A stretch of DNA of 64,000 nt from Calcarisporiella thermophila CBS 279.70 (taxonomy: Eukaryota > Fungi > Calcarisporiellomycota). Below the pieces are notes generated by a model, which saw only the letters and a list, made by a program, of their open reading frames with translations, made no database searches and had not been told where the DNA came from. The stretch is from assembly GCF_041956535.1 (NCBI RefSeq), contig NW_027192203.1, positions 186,001 through 250,000 of the forward strand. The letters run 5' to 3'. Positions 23,616-39,719 of the stretch are shown in pieces; the first letter of the stretch is position 1; every line of letters begins with the position of its first letter. The position numbers and the translations under genes were made by a program.

Positions 23616-26600
23616 CTATTTGCTTTTGTGGCCTCTTGCCATTTCTAACAATAACTCTAGTTCTCCCGTCTGCTGACACAGGGAGTAGAACATGCTGTTA
23701 TCATCGCTCAGCAACTTGAGTGGAGAATCAAACTCTTTAACCAATCCTTCATCCATCACCAATATCTTATCATAATCAGCCACTGTTTGAAGCCTATGTG
23801 CAATACAAATTACAACAGCATCGCCTAATTCTTCGCGTAGAGTACTTTGGATCCGAGAATCAGCCTCAAAATCGATACTTGCAGTAGCCTCGTCCATAAT
23901 AACAATCTTGGAGTTACGAAGAAGTGCGCGTGCAAGACAGAGCAGTGCGCGCTGCCCCTGAGAAAAGTTGAGACCTCCTTCAGACACAAACATTTCAAGA
24001 GAGCTTATGGCCTGGGATTCTGTAGTAGCAGAAACACTCTGAGAAGATATAAGCTGCACTCTCCTGAGGACAGTCCATATTGCCATGTCATCGTACTCAG
24101 AAAATGGGTCAAGATTAGATCGTACTGTTCCTGAGAAAAGGACAGGATCTAAAGAATAAAAAAAATTAAAGCTTGATACGAGCAGTAATATCATGGGCCA
24201 ATCGTTACCTTGCGGAATGATTGTCAGACGAGATCGCAAATGGTGCAAGTCGATAGAGGTTATATCAAGCCCATCAATAAGTATACTACCACTCAGAGGG
24301 TTGACGAACCTTAGCAACGAATTGACTAATGTCGATTTCCCCGAACCTGTTCGTCCAACTATTCCAATCTTTTCGCCCGCCTTGATGCTAAAACTGATGC
24401 CGCGCAACACAGGCTCTAGCTCTGGTGCATAGCTAATATAAAGATTTCGTACTTCGATTTCGCCTTTGGTGGGCCATGCAGCTGGTGGAAGCACTCCACT
24501 ACCCATGCATTCTCTCGGGATATCAACATATTCTCTTACTCGTTCCACAGTATTCATGCCCATTTCTAGATCGGTATACCACCGAATCGAGAAATTTATC
24601 TGGCCTGTGAATGATTGTGCAAATGTAAGCGCTAATCCCATGGCACCGGCATCCAACTCTCCGTTTATAACTTTATATAGCAGGAAGACCCCCGTGAGGC
24701 CAGAAAATACGGCACCAAGAGAGTCTGCTCGAACACTAAGCCAACGGTTTGCTGCCCAAAGGTAATAGTAATATTTCATATTGGTATCTAACAGAGCGAA
24801 GCATTTGTCTTTAAATCGATTTTGAACGCCAAATGCTCGAATAGTGGTAGCACCGAAAATTGTCTCGTTAAAATGCGAATAGATTGGAGAACGTGAAACT
24901 GAGTCTAATCGTTTTAGCTCTCGAGAAGTAGCAAGATATTTGCGACCCATGACTATATAGATATATGTGATAAATACAGCAGACACTATTAGCCATGGCA
25001 TGATCACTACTATCGCAATAATCGCGCCAAATATCGCGAAGAGGTTGGCAAACATTTCAGATAAATTGATAATCAATGATGAATCAATAGTCGCCATGTC
25101 CTTAGAAAAGCGATTAAGCACACGCCCAACTGGAGTTTGATCAAAGAATCGAATAGGAGCCCCTAGGATCGCATCAAGCAACTTCTCGTGAAGAACCTGT
25201 GATGCTCGAAGAGATCCCATACATTGTGTTACCATGCCGAGGAAAATACACAAAATGGTGCAGAGGCATATAATTGCGTAAATAAGCAAATAATAGCGTA
25301 CATCTACCGAATGAGTAAAAAAACCTGTGGTATTGAGAGCACCATCTCGCTTATAGTTTGGAATGATATGGTTGTGAAGAAGTTGTTTGGGTTTTTCATA
25401 GGCTGAAGTCCATATTTTGAGCCACCAGGATTCACCCATATTTGAAGTGCGCTCCAATATAAATATTGCAAGCAATATTGTGATAAAAAAGACACCACCA
25501 GCCGCTGAAAAGTAAAATGCATAGATCTTAGTGCTAACTCGCCCGCGTTCACGGTGCTCTTCACGTATGAGCTTAAAATCGACAGGGATTCTAGACTCTT
25601 CGACCAATGTGCTTGATCCATTATTGGATTGCTTTTTTGCGCGTTTTGAATCCAACCCGTTAATATATAACAATTCAATCTCTTTATCCTCTTGTTGGCT
25701 TATCCCACTCATTTGAACTTCGTTCACAGGATCTCCGTTGTCGCCATTTTCCTCCTCAAGCGTCAAAATTCTTTTCAGTACACCTCTCTCGTTAAGGTTT
25801 CTTATTGTGCCTTGATTCTCTATCTCCCCATTTCGTAAAACAACCAGTAATTTTGCGGCTGGTAAGCACAATCGTATGTTATGGGTGATAAGAATACGGG
25901 TGCGCCCATTCATTAAAGAACCAGTCAAGCAATGAGTGTAAATATGCCTGGCTGTGTGGGAATCGACGGCAGAAAGACAGTCGTCAAAAAGAAGATGACG
26001 CGCACGTGAGTATATGGCTCGAGCCAGGGCTATGCGTTGTTTTTGGCCACCCGATAAGATAACACCTTTTTCGCCAACCTAACAAGATAAAACGATTAAC
26101 ACAAACTGTGAAGAAATAAATTTATTCAATAACTTTACCTCTGTTAGATCTCCTTGCTCAAACATTTCCAAATCTCGTATAAGTGCGCAGCCCCATAATA
26201 CTCTGCGGTACCGATTTTCGTCGAATGGATCTCCGAAAAGTATATTATCACGGATAGTAGCCTGTTGCAACCAAGGATGTTGAGATACATAGGCAACACG
26301 GTTGTTGAATAATCCTGTAACAGGATCTAGAATAGGCTCTGCTGCTTGAGGCAAAGAGATATTTCCACGAATTGCTTCTAACTCTAATTTGGAAACGCAT
26401 ATCAAGCGATTAGTTTGGCGAGTGTTATCTTGCGTACATGGATGGAATGAGAGTACCTCCTAAAAGGGCCATTAGAAGACTCGTTTTTCCACTTCCCGTA
26501 GGACCGCAAATAAGGCTCAGTTCTCCAACTGGAAATTCTACTGTAATATTTTTGAGCTGGAACGATGCCGAATTCATAGCTGCTTCTTCACTCTCAATTA

Positions 26601-28894
26601 AGTGCGATTTATGCCATCTAAAATTCCCATTCTTAATCCCAATCCACTCTTCATTTGCATTCTGAGGAGTATCGAGCTCCACTTCTTCGATGAACTCTTC
26701 AATTCTTCGTAATGACACCCTTGCCTCGAAAAATTGCATAATCACGATGGGCAGTACTTTGACCGGTGTTCTCAATCGTTCAAAAATTGCAATCACTGTA
26801 AATACCAGTGAGGCTGAGAGCTGATTTCCTTCACCAAGAGTGTAAAATGCAAATACAACGAGCGGAACGATAATAGGGGACGATGCCCAAATAAGCACCA
26901 TGCACCCCCTATAAATATAAGTCTGAGCTAGCCGAGCCAATTCCGTTTGGCGTATGTCAAGAAGTTTCTCGCGAAAACGCGGCTCCCATGCAAAATATTT
27001 CACCACGCGAATACCATGCAGTAACTCGTTCATAAGCGAGATACGTGAGTCACGTGCATTCATGAGATGATCTTGGTTTCGAGAATAGAGCTTACTGGCG
27101 CTCGAGTTTAGGGGAATAGCGAGCATCATCGTAAGGAAACCAAGTGTAGACACCATGAAACCGAGCAGAATGCATAGGTAAACATAGCCTATAATGATTG
27201 CTGCCGGCAAAACAATCATGAAATACCTGGTACCAAATAGAAGTTAACAATAGATGGCCACCAGCTATATTACAATTTAATCTACCTACCAATATGAAAT
27301 AAAATACACAATCCTATCTACATCCACCACCAACAAATTTGTAACCTTCCCGATATCCGCTTTTGTCTTTTCTTCATCTACTGTATTCAATTCGTCTACC
27401 GTTAAATTTTTTTTTTGCAGGACTTTTTCATAAATGGCACCACTAAGCTGGCCACGAAAATTGATTTCCACCGTACGTCCCTGGTAAAACATTTGGGTAA
27501 TTGAAAGGGTGCGAATAACTTGTGCAAAAGTGATCATCAATATATAAAAGAGGGATAACTCCCACTTTTCCCCTCCGAATCGCTCTATATGAAGTAGTAA
27601 TTTTTGAAGGAAGAAGGGAGCACCAAAATCGAGTATTATAGAGGAAGCGCTAAATAGCAGCTGAGCTACAAAAGTCTCAGGGTTCGCAGCAATCAATCGT
27701 TTAAGCAAGGTTGTTCCTCTAATAGACCGAATTGTAATTAATTGTATTTAAACAAATATAACAAATAAAAGGAAAGCCCCTACCTCACTGTTTTGAAATG
27801 CTCATAATGACTTTTAGAGGAGAATTCTCTTGGTAAGGCATAGATATCGTCGGCTTCAAGTGCATGATTATATCCGGTATTGAGTAAGGGGCTCATCCAT
27901 TGGAAACATAAGGTTGACCAAATTGATGCATAGTTGCCAGGACTTTGTTCTCTGGACTTTTTAGATATAAACAAAAGGACGGGGAAAATGGAAATGTTTA
28001 GCATGGAGTTAAATAAAATTCTGCAAATATCTTATTACCTCCCCATTCAAAACGCTTTCATGCTTTTCTCGAAGATTAATTGGAATCCAAGGAATGGGCA
28101 TAGTGAATACCAAAAATGTAGTAATACAAGATATGGCAAGATATAAGGATGCAAATGTCAGTTCTATCACTTGGCGAAACTCGGTGCCAGCGCCGGGTAT
28201 CCCAATAATTGATGAGTGAAGGCGGAGAATCGAGGTGACCGTAGAGGTTGCTGTAAAAATGCTGAGCACTATTAAGCTTGCCAAGGTTGGAACTCGTCTA
28301 TTTAGAATCAATAATGCTAATACGCTAAAACAAAGCTAGATTATATGTATATGAAGTGAAAACAACATAGCGCAAATAACCATTATAAAGCATGTACCCA
28401 ACATAGACTGGCAATCCCGGGTGCTACCGCCTCGTAGACCTTTAATTCATCACCATATACGGCAAATCTGATTATTCGAAAAATACACAGTAATATGAGA
28501 GAGATACTTTGAGAGAGGAAGGCTGTAAAAAGCAATTTGTATCTCTTTTTGGAGGAATTAATGATCAAATCCCTGGAATCTATTTCCACGCACTCTTCAG
28601 TTCCAGAAGATTGTGAACGACGAAAATGCCATACTGAGATTGCAAGCAATATGCTCAAGTAAAATAACGGAAGAGCTGTATCAAGAATACTGTTTAAAGA
28701 TGAATAGAGATCTTAAATTAAGTTCGGAAAATTTTAACGAAAAACACTATAAAAAAGACACCTTTCTTGAAAACAAGATGTCAACATAGAGGCCTAATGA
28801 ATTTCATATTTTAAAATATTAGAATACCATTTCATAATTTTATAGAATTCAATTAAGAACGAACCTCTTCTGTCTCACAAATAATGTTAAACAT
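23616..28894 (-). CDS. ABCC (MRP/Ycf1/Ybt1-like) ABC transporter
   Basis: Multi-exon TMD0-TMD1-NBD1-TMD2-NBD2 layout. Walker A GPTGSGKTS and GRTGSGKST, signatures LSGGQKQR and FSQGQRALL, DDCLSAVD, DEATASID, IAHRL, RELKRLDSVSRSPIYSHFNET. Confidence 0.93.
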
Positions 28895-29192
28895 CTTTCA
28901 GCTTATTATGGCGGTTTTACGTCAAAAATTTTCGGGTAGGTCAGCGATAATGGTAGTTTCCTTGAAAACTTTGACCTTCTACAGAACTACTTTCTATTTT
29001 TTTTATATATCAAATTAAAAATATGAGTCTTATTGAAATGCATCTTCGAGGAAATTTCTTTAATAAGTAATCGAAATTTGGAGACAGGGAATCTCAACCT
29101 AACCTATTCAATTTATTAGTATAAGCATTAAACCACAACTTCTATTCATTTAATATCTGCAATATTGGAACATCTGGAGGCATTTTGGACGG

Positions 29193-30735
29193 ATGATTTT
29201 GGCGGCAATTATTCTCTTAACCTCAGCTCTCGGATGTTTAGCTGCTGAAGGTAGTTAATCTGTTTCAATGAGTAGCTCTACCGATAAACCAATTTTATTT
29301 TAGGATCCACTAGCGATGGAAAAAATATCGAGGGAATGGCTCTATTTGGTAAAATTTAAAATACATCTCCCACTTTAAGTGCTCCTCATTATTTTAAATC
29401 TCGGATACAGGATCAGAAATCCTCTACACATTCAAGTATGAGATCGCCATCGTAGCATTTCTTGTCGTCTACTTTATTAATTACTCAAATGGGTTCAAAA
29501 AAAACCAAGCCCTTGCTAAGAGATGGTATACCTTACCCACAAATACCTAGTTTTGCTCCTAACTTATTTTTTATCTTGTTCTTAATAAGGATGTCAAAAC
29601 AATTGAGCCTTTTTCAAGATCAATTTTCGCTGGTTGGAGATGGAGAGGGCCATTCTCTGCTTAAAGATGGACCTGCAGATTATATCTTCTACCTCTCAGG
29701 ACGTGTAAACTGCAAGTATGTGCACGGAAAAGTGAAGGTATGATAAGCCTCATATATATTGTGTGAACCACTTTGTTTATTCTGTGCATAACTGATTAGC
29801 TTAAACCTCGTCATGACTTGGTGATTTATATATGGAAAACTATTTCTAATCTTATTGGCAATGGAAAGGAAATGCTCGATACAGTGGTAGGTGACACACT
29901 TCGCAAAGCTATGCGATACACTTTGATAAAATTATTTTGCAAAACTTTTAGACCTTTGATGTGACTATGAACGACAATGAATACGAAAATTTTGTATTTG
30001 CAGTAGTTCACAAGACGAGAACAAAGGAAGCGAAGGAATCCAATTTTGCTGTGGTGAGTACAATCTAATATATTGGCATCTTGGAACACCATCTTGATTT
30101 TGCTCTTCATCTCTATTTTAAAGTCGAAGTTTTCCAAGCAAGGCATTAGTTCATTGCTGCCCTCATCTTTCAATATCTTTTCTGAAGCTGCGGAGATTAC
30201 TGATGTTCTGCTAAACTCGAAAGTCGTCGAAACAATTAAGAAATATGAATCTCAACTACTCGAAATAGTTATCAGTGATATGCCACGTGTTAAGCCAGAG
30301 AAGGAGTAAGATTTTTTTCTTTTTTAATCTAAAACACTACTCGCTAAACTAGATATTCTTTATAGTTTGAAAGAAAATTACCCGAAGAGACTTCGCGTTA
30401 CCTTCAAGCTCCCTCAAGATAATCAACTCGACTCCACGTGTGAACTTTCGGAGCTAGTCTTTTTCCTAATTGATGCCCTTCCAAAAAATTGCGCTTCATT
30501 CCGTGCCGATACTAAGAAACGTCTTCGTGCTAACCGTGAAGAGTTACGGCGCAGTTATCAGAAGCAACTGGAACTTGAACGTATTGAAGAGGCTCAAAAG
30601 AAGCGAGACGAAAAGAAGAAGGCAGAGAAAGAGCGTATTGCCAAGCTTAGCCCCGAGGAACAGCGCAAGCACGAAGAAAGGGAAAGGCAAAAAGAGCTTA
30701 GGAAAAGGCAAAAAAAGATGATGGTGCGTGGATAA
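29193..30735 (+). CDS. CCDC47: CCDC47 / PAT-complex subunit (DUF1682) ER membrane protein
   Basis: Signal peptide MILAAIILLTSALGCLAA, one TM helix followed by G.KKNQALAKRW, then QFSLVGDG..LLKDGPADYIFYLSGRVNC..LKPRHDL and a charged C-terminal coiled coil (LSPEEQRKHEERERQK). Eight exons. Confidence 0.85.
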
Positions 30736-31180
30736 ATAGAATGACAATGTTATTTATTTTCTGTCCTAAAACTTATAAGGGGATTAAATGACTTCTGTTA
30801 CCATTGGTTTGGCCTTTATTTTTTATTAGGAAATAATAAAACTCTATTTCATTATAAGAAATATTTTTTGGAGCCGGAAAAAACTCCTCCGGCAATATTT
30901 TGTGAGCCGTTTTATTGCTCTTCTAGGAGAGTGAATCAAACCATCGAGTGCATAAGGTGGAGACAGGAGGATATCCTATTGTTTCTCAAAGTGGTCACAA
31001 GTGTAAAATGCTCAGATCTGTTCGCCACCCCGGGAATTTTTGAAAGGATCTAAGGCCTTGTCTTCAAAAAGAAAAACCCTGGTAACAAAACCAGAATTGA
31101 CTCAGCCGTCAACCTCAAGCAACAACACTTGAACTTTTCACTCGCTTTTCTCTTTTGTTCATGAGTATATTTAATACAGA

Positions 31181-33133
<1,953 letters not shown>

Positions 33134-33596
33134 GAAAAGGATATTTGTTATTAGCGTCTTTGTCTAGTATGTCCACAATTTATATCTCTAAATGGGATCT
33201 GCCTATTTGTGGGGTTGAAACTATTTAATAAATGTTTGCTAATATATTCTCCTCCTAGCTCGCTTAAGGTAACAATACTAATAGAGACTTTTGATTATTT
33301 TTTTCTCCGCTCTCTACCTTAACTTGATATATAATTTTGCGGGTTTAGGCTCGTTCAATAAAGCAATCTCTGTTTCGCATTTACTTTTTTTTTCCTTGCG
33401 GTTCGACATTTCACTCCTTAGAAGAGACCATCATTCACTGTGGAATATCGCTGCTGCTCTACGGAACCCACATACGATTGCGGACTATTCCGAATCTTGT
33501 GTTCTTAGTCTCTTTAATCTCAAAGCTCCCCTTTGGATTCCATTGCGCTCATCCACTGCTTTATAACCAGCTTAATTTATCTTCTTTTTATCCCTG

Positions 33597-35736
33597 ATGG
33601 CTATTACACAGCAGCAGGCCAACCCCCCTCATTATGAAAAGAATGACTCGGTGGCGGCTACGACTCCAGCAATAATCGCTGACCCACAGAATTGGAAATC
33701 GTCATCTACTCCTGTCATAGAAGATGCAAAATCCAAATTGACAGCTGGCTGGATACCTAAATTTTCTATGAAAAATTTATACAATCCGCCTACCACCCAT
33801 TCACTTTCCATTTCTCCTCCTCCAGATGCGAATCTTTCTCCACCCCCCCCAACCGCCGCACTGCCACCATCATCTGCACCTTCCTCCACTGTTTCCACCT
33901 TTTTCCCCCCTTCACCTTCCCCTTCCTTATCTTCTGAACGCCCGATTACAACAAGACCTCGTAGCAACACTGTTCAGAGCTGCACGCATCTTGAAGTTCC
34001 TTCTGATCCGCCTAAAGTCCAGCTTCGCAGGGGAGGCTCTTTTCGCCGGACTTACTCTTCAAATTCCATAAAAGTAAAGAAAGTTGAAGTTTCCCCTTGC
34101 AGTTTCGTAAAGATAAAGCTGCTAGGCAAAGGGGATGTGGGCAAGGTTTATCTTGTGAGGCAGAAAAAGACCAACAAACTATATGCCATGAAAGTGTTAT
34201 CAAAAAAGGAGATGATTAAGCGGAATAAAATCAAAAGAGTACTCGCTGAGCAGGTATACCCTTATATTATTATTCTAGCCTAGCCTAGGTTTAATGTTCC
34301 TTAACTCTTCTTATAAATATCCTTACAGGAGATACTTGCGACAAGTAATCACCCATTTGTCGTAACACTTTATCACTCATTTCAAAGTGAGGCATATTTA
34401 TATCTATGCATGGAATACTGTATGGGAGGAGAGTTTTTTAGAGGTAATATTGAACGAGCCACCCATGAACTCACACCCCATTTATTAAATATATTTAATA
34501 TCTCGAACTGTTAGTGTTACAAACGATGCCGGGGAAATGCATTCCTGAGGCCGATGCGAGGTTTTACGCAGCAGAAGTTGTAGCGGCACTCGAATATCTC
34601 CACCTCAACGGCTTTATTTACCGCGATTTAAAACCAGGTACACGCACATTTGTCTCCTCTCCCTCAAACTGGTTCTCTTGATTAACTCTGTTTTTTTTCT
34701 ATTTGCATTTTCTCAACAGAAAATATTCTCCTTCATCACAGCGGTCATATTATGCTCACGGATTTCGATCTCTCCAAACAATCCAATCCAAGAGGGGCTC
34801 CCTCAGTGGTTAGCTCTCCATACTCTGTAGGTTTATCAGCGGTCTATTTCTGTTGTTTTTATATTAATGACGCTTTCTTCGTTAATAGCCTCCCACTATT
34901 GACACTCGATCCTGTATTGGAGACTTGAGAACCAATTCCTTCGTTGGCACTGAAGAGTATATAGCCCCTGAAGTAATCAAGGGATGTGGGCATACAAGGT
35001 AATACTCCTTAATCTCTATTGCATCCCCAATTATTGCTCACGCTCCGCCTAATTTCGCAGTGCTGTCGACTGGTGGACGCTAGGAATCTTAATATTTGAA
35101 ATGCTCGTATGCTTTTATTCCTTTGAACTTATTTTATTGTTTTTCAATAACGTACATAATTTTATTTCTATCTCTAGTATGGAACTACACCATTCAAAGG
35201 TGCAAATCGACATGCGACCTTCTCTAACATCCTACGCAATGAGATCCAGTTCCCTGAATGTCCAGGATCGCAACAAATAACAAGGTACGTTGGAGATAAT
35301 CCTAAACCAACGATGAATTAATGTACTAAATATTATTGTAGTACATGCAAGGGAATAATCCGTGCACTTCTCCACAAAGATGAACATCGACGCCTTGGTT
35401 CTCGTGCTGGAGCCGCTGATGTTAAAGCCCATCCTTTCTTTAAGCCAATACATTGGGCCCTTCTTTTGCACACTACCCCACCAATTATACCAGGACAAGG
35501 AATGGATGAGAATCAACTACGGAGTTTGCGTGAAACTTTTAGCATTGATATTGAATCAGAGGCATTGGTAGGATCAGATGACGATGACGATGGGAGTAAT
35601 CCGTTTAAAGGATTTAACTCAGGTAAAATATCAACCACACCGTTTATCAGCTATCAATTCTATAGCTAACTGGTTTATTTTTCTTAATATTTTCCTAGTT
35701 ACTCTACATCATGAGGGGGAGGACGATTGGAATTAA
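33597..35736 (+). CDS. Nrc-2/Fpk1/Kin82-type AGC (flippase) kinase
   Basis: Nine exons. [63 protein letters not shown] (family DFD motif), [28 protein letters not shown]. Confidence 0.93.
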
Positions 35737-36612
35737 AATAGCTACCTTTCATACTACCCAAAGCAAAAGTCAACCGCTGGTTGCAAGATAAACTTACCCA
35801 CCCTTGTATCTATAATGTACTTTTTATTCAATCGCTATAAATTTCGATTCCTTTATACTTTGGCTGCATCCTACTTATCTGTTACTTATTGCTGTGAAAT
35901 TTTAGTTACTGTCTATTTTCATTCTTAATAATAAATATTTGTTATTTTCTGCGTGGTGCACAAGTGAAAACTTCCCATATGGTCCCCAAGTAAACCTACC
36001 AATTTCATTACACGAAAGATACAATTCTATTGCAGCCATCTTCATTTGCATGGTCTAAGGGATAGTTTAGCTAGCCTTAGGCTCCGTGGATGCTAATGTT
36101 TTTTTAACAAGTATGAGAAAGATGGCTGACGACCTATTCGCGTGTTTGGTTTGGCTTTTATTGTGCATAAGAAGAGGCATTTACGTCTAGTTTCTTGCTT
36201 TTTTTATGGTTTGCTGTCGTTTTTATTGCTATAATCCCTTATTATCTTAAAATTTACCTACATAAAATAATTTTATATATAATAATATCCTTTCTATAAT
36301 ATCTTCGGGGTTAGTATTTATATTACGACACTTCGCATTTCCAACAGGTGGATCTCCAGTAATGGATTAATTTATTCAAAATAAAGAGGTCCTACAAAAG
36401 GTATTCGTCGGGAAAACTCAAAGGACTATGTAAAAGCATAAGAAACTCCTCATGTTTCACTATCATTTCTTTATTTTCGGGGTTATCTCTACGTTGGACC
36501 TCAATATATTGAAAAAATTTATAAACCCTTTAAATGGCTTATCAAATCTCCCACGCTCGTTTCAATTTAATTCGAAACAAAACTGTTCAGTTTTTCCATT
36601 ACTTAAACAACA

Positions 36613-37531
36613 ATGGCCGATCAGCAGCAAAAGACAATTCTTTACTCCTACTTTCGCTCTTCATGCTCATGGCGCGTTCGAATTGCCCTTGAACATAAGG
36701 GCATCCCGTACGAGTTGAAGCCCGTAAATCTATTGAAAAATGAACATGTAAGCTATCGTCTTCCCCGAGTTTATTGAGTGTAAGTAACTGGATCAATTTA
36801 ACTAATAGAAATCTGAAGTGTACACGCAGCTTCAGCCATTCAAAGAAGTACCCACCCTCTTGATTGATGGGCTATCCATGACACAGTCTATTGCCATTTT
36901 GGAGTATTTAGAGGAAACTCGACCAGGTGAGATAAAGCCTCGATTTTATACCCTACTGAATTTAAATATATAAACTGAGGCAATTATAGAGAAGCCGCTG
37001 CTACCCAAAGAGTCTCATGCACGAGTTCAGGTATACTTTGGCCCTTCTATGTCACCAATTTTGACTCTAATATATCTTTATTTTTGACGCCTAATAGGTC
37101 CGCACTATTGTCAATGCTATTGCATGCGATATCCAACCCATTAACAATCTGCGCGTTTTACAACACGAGTTCGTCGCCCCGCACAAAGTGAAATGGATCC
37201 ATGAATGGGTCAAATTTGGATTTGACGCTCTTGAATCTATCCTCAAGACGACCGCAGGTAAATGCTGCGTTGGTGATGAAGTGACCTTCGCCGATTTAGC
37301 TCTTGCACCGCAAGTGTACAATGCACTGCGGTAAGTATTCATTTATTACCTTGTTTCCTTAATTTTCATTTTAACTCTCCCTGCTCCTTTTAAATAATTA
37401 GTTTTGAAGTCGATATGACGGCATATCCAACTATCCATCGCATCTACAACCATCTTTTGGAGCTAGAAGCTTTCAAAACGACCTATCCTCATCGCCAGCC
37501 AGATTGTCCAGCAGAGTTGCGGGAAAATTAA
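36613..37531 (+). CDS. Maleylacetoacetate isomerase / glutathione S-transferase zeta
   Basis: Not in the ORF track. Five exons give [17 protein letters not shown] (zeta SSC motif), [61 protein letters not shown]. Confidence 0.93.
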
Positions 37532-38081
37532 CCCTGCCACGCAGTGTATACTCAGGGAAATCGGATTCAACTATATAACCCGACGATTATATAATTAAAA
37601 TTTCTGTCCTTAAATAAAATGCTGAGCGATTACGACTAATATTCAGTGCTCCTTTATGCTAAGCTAAGGTGTTAAATGAACAAACTCTATTTTACCATAT
37701 AGAATTGCATGCACTATTTATGATAATAAAAGTGCCTATATTACTATGGCTTACAGGCATTTATCTCTCAGGGTCACCTCATAGCTTATCGATATAATAA
37801 ATAACTGCTGAATTATCATCAAAATCCTATACTTCTTGTTAAATGCATTAGAAAATAATATCTCTTTAGATCTCTACATGAAGAATTAAGGGCATTTAGG
37901 TGATGCCCTTAATTGAAAATCTAAGGTTTGGATGTTAAGAAAAGGTTCTTGAGAATTATGATATATCAGATATCGTGACTGTTTGATTTCAGAAACAATT
38001 TCAGCAACGTACCTTTACTTCCATGTTAGAATCTACTTAGAGTTTCCTCCTCTCTACTCTCGACGAAGGATACGCGTCAAT

Positions 38082-38870
38082 ATGGTTAGTATATCATTCT
38101 CATTATTAAGGCATCCATCCATCCACTGCCACTAGTGGGAACCTATGATACTCCAGATTCATCTTGTGGAGATGGAAGTGCAGGTTTTATTTTTGGAGCT
38201 GGATAGAAGATGCTTATGTTACCAAAACGGATGATAATTTGAGAGGATCGATCGACGTTCTGGAGCGATCTATCGAATTGTCTTAATGTTGCATGATTTT
38301 TGGGCAAACATGTGTAGAAACAACCGTTATTGCTGATAATAATGCTGAACCTATATTTTTTATTTTCACTTACAGACTACCAAGCGCAGGAATAACGGAC
38401 GTAATAAGCACGGTCGCGGTCACGTCAAGCCCGTCCGCTGCTCTAACTGCGCACGCTGCGTGCCCAAAGTACGATTCTTAAATTAATAGAGCCAGAGATC
38501 AACAAAAGAATACTAATGGGGTATATATAGGACAAAGCCATTAAGCGATTCGTCATCCGCAACATGGTTGAGTCTGCTGCCATTCGTGATATCACCGAGG
38601 CCTCAGTCTACCAGGGTATTTTTTATCTCAAATTTGATTTTAATTCCACTCAGGCCGCTTAAAGATATTAATACCAATTCACTTTCTGTAGAGTTTGCCC
38701 TCCCCAAACTCTACGTAAAGACCCACTATTGCGTGTCCTGCGCCATTCACGCTCACATTGTGCGCGTGCGCTCGCGTGAAGGCCGTCGTGACCGTAACCC
38801 TCCTCCCCGTTTCCGCTTCAACAAGGATGGAAAGAAGGTTACCGGAACTGCTCAAAAGAGCTCTGCTTAA
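38082..38870 (+). CDS. RPS26: 40S ribosomal protein eS26
   Basis: ATG-only first exon, then 291-nt intron 38085-38375, then [38 protein letters not shown]...LPKLY...[27 protein letters not shown]. Confidence 0.97.
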
Positions 38871-39140
38871 ATACGTGCATTTGATGAAATTGCTCGTTAT
38901 AATCTTAATAAACTAAATATATTTTACTCATTTCTTTCGTATGTGTTTTTCACTCAATCACATTAAACCTCGTCAAAAATCCCTCCACAAAGAATTCTGA
39001 TATGCCCGAATGGAACATGGAGGGATTTTTCAATATTTTCAAAGATTTTTGACAGTGAAGCAAAACAATATTGCAGAGATAATATTTATTAGATACAATA
39101 GTATTCCGACTTCATCACAACGTCAAAAGGCTTGACTATT

Positions 39141-39719
39141 TTACTGCTGGGCAGGGCTATAAGGAAAAAGTCATTGGACAATAATTCAGCGTTCTGCTAT
39201 TAGTGTCAGTTGAAAATATTATAATCTTACCGGCCACGGCCAAACCCACCACGGAACTCAGGGCGGAAGTCGCCACCAGCACCCTCCTTCTTGCGGTATT
39301 CATCGCGATCCGAACGGGGTCCACGGAATCCTTCGCGGCGGCCCTCCTCGCGTCCGGGGCGAACTCCGGGAGCACGGGTGGTACGCTTGAAGGTGGCGGG
39401 CACGATCTCCGTGGGCAAGTGCAGGTAGTTCCGGATGTACTCAATACCCTCGTTGGTGAGAGTGTAGTAATAGTATTGCCAAGAGAATTGTGTCTTGACG
39501 TAGCCGCGAGAGTTGAGCGATTGCATCGCCTTGATAACCTCAAGATTGGGCACATCGATGTCTTGGTGCTTAGGGGCATTGAAGTCCTTCTTGGCCACAA
39601 GAACTCCCTCTGTAGTAAACAGCTATTAGAATAAGCTCACTTAACAAGCCATCAAAATAGTTAATACCCTTGAAGAGGTTCTCGTAGATGAGCTTCCGGT
39701 TCTGCTTTGAGATGAGCAT
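39141..39719 (-). CDS. RPS10: 40S ribosomal protein eS10
   Basis: [17 protein letters not shown]|[62 protein letters not shown]...GGFGRGR|PAQQ*. Predicted 5'UTR intron at 39734-40024 (GTGAGC...TTAG). Confidence 0.96.

Noticed and set aside
24148-24210. Stop-free, frame-preserving introns read through in the ORF track (ABCC here; also ILV1 50113-50181, GT47, TAF2)
   Set aside because: They interrupt conserved motifs (e.g. IIPQ|DP) and have normal GT-AG signals; a few 3n stop-free short introns are expected by chance.
38216-38350. Possible C/D or H/ACA snoRNA in the RPS26 intron
   Set aside because: No canonical RTGATGA box C paired with CTGA and terminal stem, and no correctly placed ANANNA/ACA boxes. 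Kept only as a generic structured intron.
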